Below, one piece after another: positions 62,547 through 64,000 of a stretch of 64,000 bases of DNA (its first letter is position 1; every line of letters begins with the position of its first letter). The notes below the pieces were generated by a model. That model did not search any database and was not told the origin of the DNA. It worked only from the letters and a program-made list of their open reading frames with translations. Source of the DNA: Eledone cirrhosa (Eukaryota); contig OZ024743.1 of NCBI GenBank assembly GCA_964016885.1, forward strand, positions 318,370,001 through 318,434,000, given 5' to 3'. Position numbers and translations under genes: made by a program.

Positions 62547-62678
62547 ATATTATGATGAAGCTCCGTCGCCAATCTTCCCTGAAATTCTGGAATGAGTTAT
62601 CAGATTTGGGCAAGTCAAGTGATAAAGAAACACTTGATGTAAAAGCAAAGGGGAGTGATGTTCTCAAAGACAAAAATG
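62547..62678 (+). CDS. 132-nt phase-1 exon, second repeat type B: DIMMKLRRQSSLKFWNELSDLGKSSDKETLDVKAKGSDVLKDKN
   Basis: TACTAAT branch site, TTTTTGAAG| ... AATG|GTAAAA; 44 codons, open. Confidence 0.68.
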
Positions 62679-62789
62679 GTAAAAACATTTGAACATTATA
62701 ATTATGTTTTGCTTTTAGTTTATCAATCGATTATAAATATATAAGGTAGAGAGAACTTTTCAGTCTAACTGAGTAGATGTTAACCTCTC

Positions 62790-63718
62790 TAGTGCTGGTG
62801 CCATGATAAAATGCTTGCACTACATTTTGTAAAGTGGTGGTACAAGTGTCATGATAAAATGTTCTCAGTACACTCTGTAAAGTGGTAGTGCTGGTGTCAC
62901 AAACTACTCCCAGAACATTCTGTAAAGTGGTAGTGCTGGTGCCATGATAAAACACACCCAGTACACTCTGCAATGTGATAGTGCTAGTGCTATGATTAAA
63001 TGTTCTCTGTAGACTCTGTAAAGTGGCAGTGCTGGTGTCAGAATAGAATGTTCCCAGACAACTCTGTGAAGTTAGTGCTGGTTCCACTATAAAAGGAACA
63101 CAGTATAATCTGTAAAGTGGTAATGCAGGTAGCATGATAATATGTTCCCAGTACACCCTGTAAAGTTGTAGTGCTGGTGCTACAATAAAATGTGTTCATA
63201 GTACATTCTGTAGAGTGATAGTGGTGGTTTCACAAACTGCACCCAGAACATTCTGTAAAGTGGTAGTGTTGGTGCCATGATAAAATGTTCGCAGTACACT
63301 CTGTTAAGAGGTACTCCTGATTCCACAATTAAATATTCTTAGTACATTCTGTAAAGTGGTGGTGCTGGTGCCACAATAAAATGCACCCCAGAACATTCTG
63401 TAAAATGGTAGTTCAGGTGCCATGATAAAGTATTCGCAGTACACTCTGTAAAATGGTAGTATAGGTGCCATGATAAAATGTTCCTAGTACACTCAGTAAA
63501 GTGGTAATGCTGGCGTCGCAATAAAATCTTCCCTGCCCACTCTGTAAAGTGGTAATGCTATGATAAAATGCTCCCAGTACACTCTGTAAAATGGTAGTGC
63601 TAGTGTCACAATAACATTTAACCAGTACACACTGTAAAGTGGTTGGCACTAGGAATGGCATGCAGCTGGAGAAACCATGCTAAAATATTTAACATATGAG
63701 CAAGATGTTAAATGATGC
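62790..63718. repeat. Second ~47-bp minisatellite array (roughly 18 units) ending in the SINE/RTE tail
   Basis: Same unit; ends GTTGGCACTAGGAATGGCATGCAGC...GATGTTAAATGATG. Confidence 0.9.
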
Positions 63719-63914
63719 CAATTATAATGATGAATAGACTTAATAAGTCCATTGACTAAATGCTGATATGAATTGATAAGAAGCACTCTACCCTATCATC
63801 AAGTTTTTTTGTTATGTTAGGTTCACCGTCAGACCATCAACCAGAAATCTTCCAACTAAAATTGTTGATTCAGTTGACATCCTAAAATTATTGATTTCTT
63901 TTTTTCTATTGCAG

Positions 63915-64000
63915 CTTCCAAAGGCTCTCACCGGCTTCTTAAATTGTGCAAGTTAACAAAATTAATGCCAAGTATAAATACATACAAGCTTCAAATTGCT
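63915..64000 (+). CDS. Next exon of the repeat-exon gene, runs off the window: ASKGSHRLLKLCKLTKLMPSINTYKLQIA...
   Basis: Strong acceptor TTTCTTTTTTTCTATTGCAG|; open in phase 1 to the window end. Confidence 0.6.

Noticed and set aside
41289-62688. Minus-strand ORFs over the repeated cassettes (..TLPFVDD..IKDKIEKLL; MFLPFLSLR..ISKKLESL) read as alternative last exons
   Set aside because: The + strand gives exact AG/GT boundaries, branch sites, constant 108-nt length and one continuous frame. The IKDKIEKL peptide is just the antisense of the polypyrimidine tract, and the 60866 copy has an early stop.
61070-63660. CRISPR-like appearance of the regularly spaced repeats, and the HGTSTTTLQS repeat ORFs
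   Set aside because: Whole units are homologous with no unique spacers, there are no cas genes, and the context is eukaryotic. The ORFs are interrupted and arise from the minisatellite.
63821-63885. Alternative acceptor TTATGTTAG| giving GSPSDHQPEIFQLKLLIQLTS*
   Set aside because: Weaker acceptor that ends in a stop; the 63915 acceptor is stronger and stays open. It cannot be excluded as a minor isoform.

Overview
AT-rich, repeat-dense metazoan genomic DNA. The SINE and RTE-LINE families suggest a coleoid cephalopod such as an octopus, but that is inference. Most of the window is transposon debris: a near-full-length RTE LINE with a PHD finger inserted in its RT, further RTE, BovB-like and CR1 fragments, CRE-clade RLE retrotransposons, a full-length degenerate Gypsy-type LTR element, Penelope-like remnants with hammerhead ribozyme motifs, MITEs and tRNA-derived SINEs. 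Three intact-looking tRNA genes (iMet-CAT, Arg-TCT, Ile-AAT) lie at 15.7-21.8 kb. The main signal, which the ORF track does not show, is a + strand spliced gene beginning at about 41.35 kb. It is built from tandemly duplicated symmetric phase-1 exons: five of exactly 108 nt, two of 135/132 nt, then an exon open to the window edge. Together they give one open frame encoding an unrecognised Ser/Thr-rich repeat N-terminus with repeated CaMKII-type (Hyd-x-R-x-x-S/T) motifs. No database searches were possible, so family names rest on motif recognition and many element boundaries are approximate.
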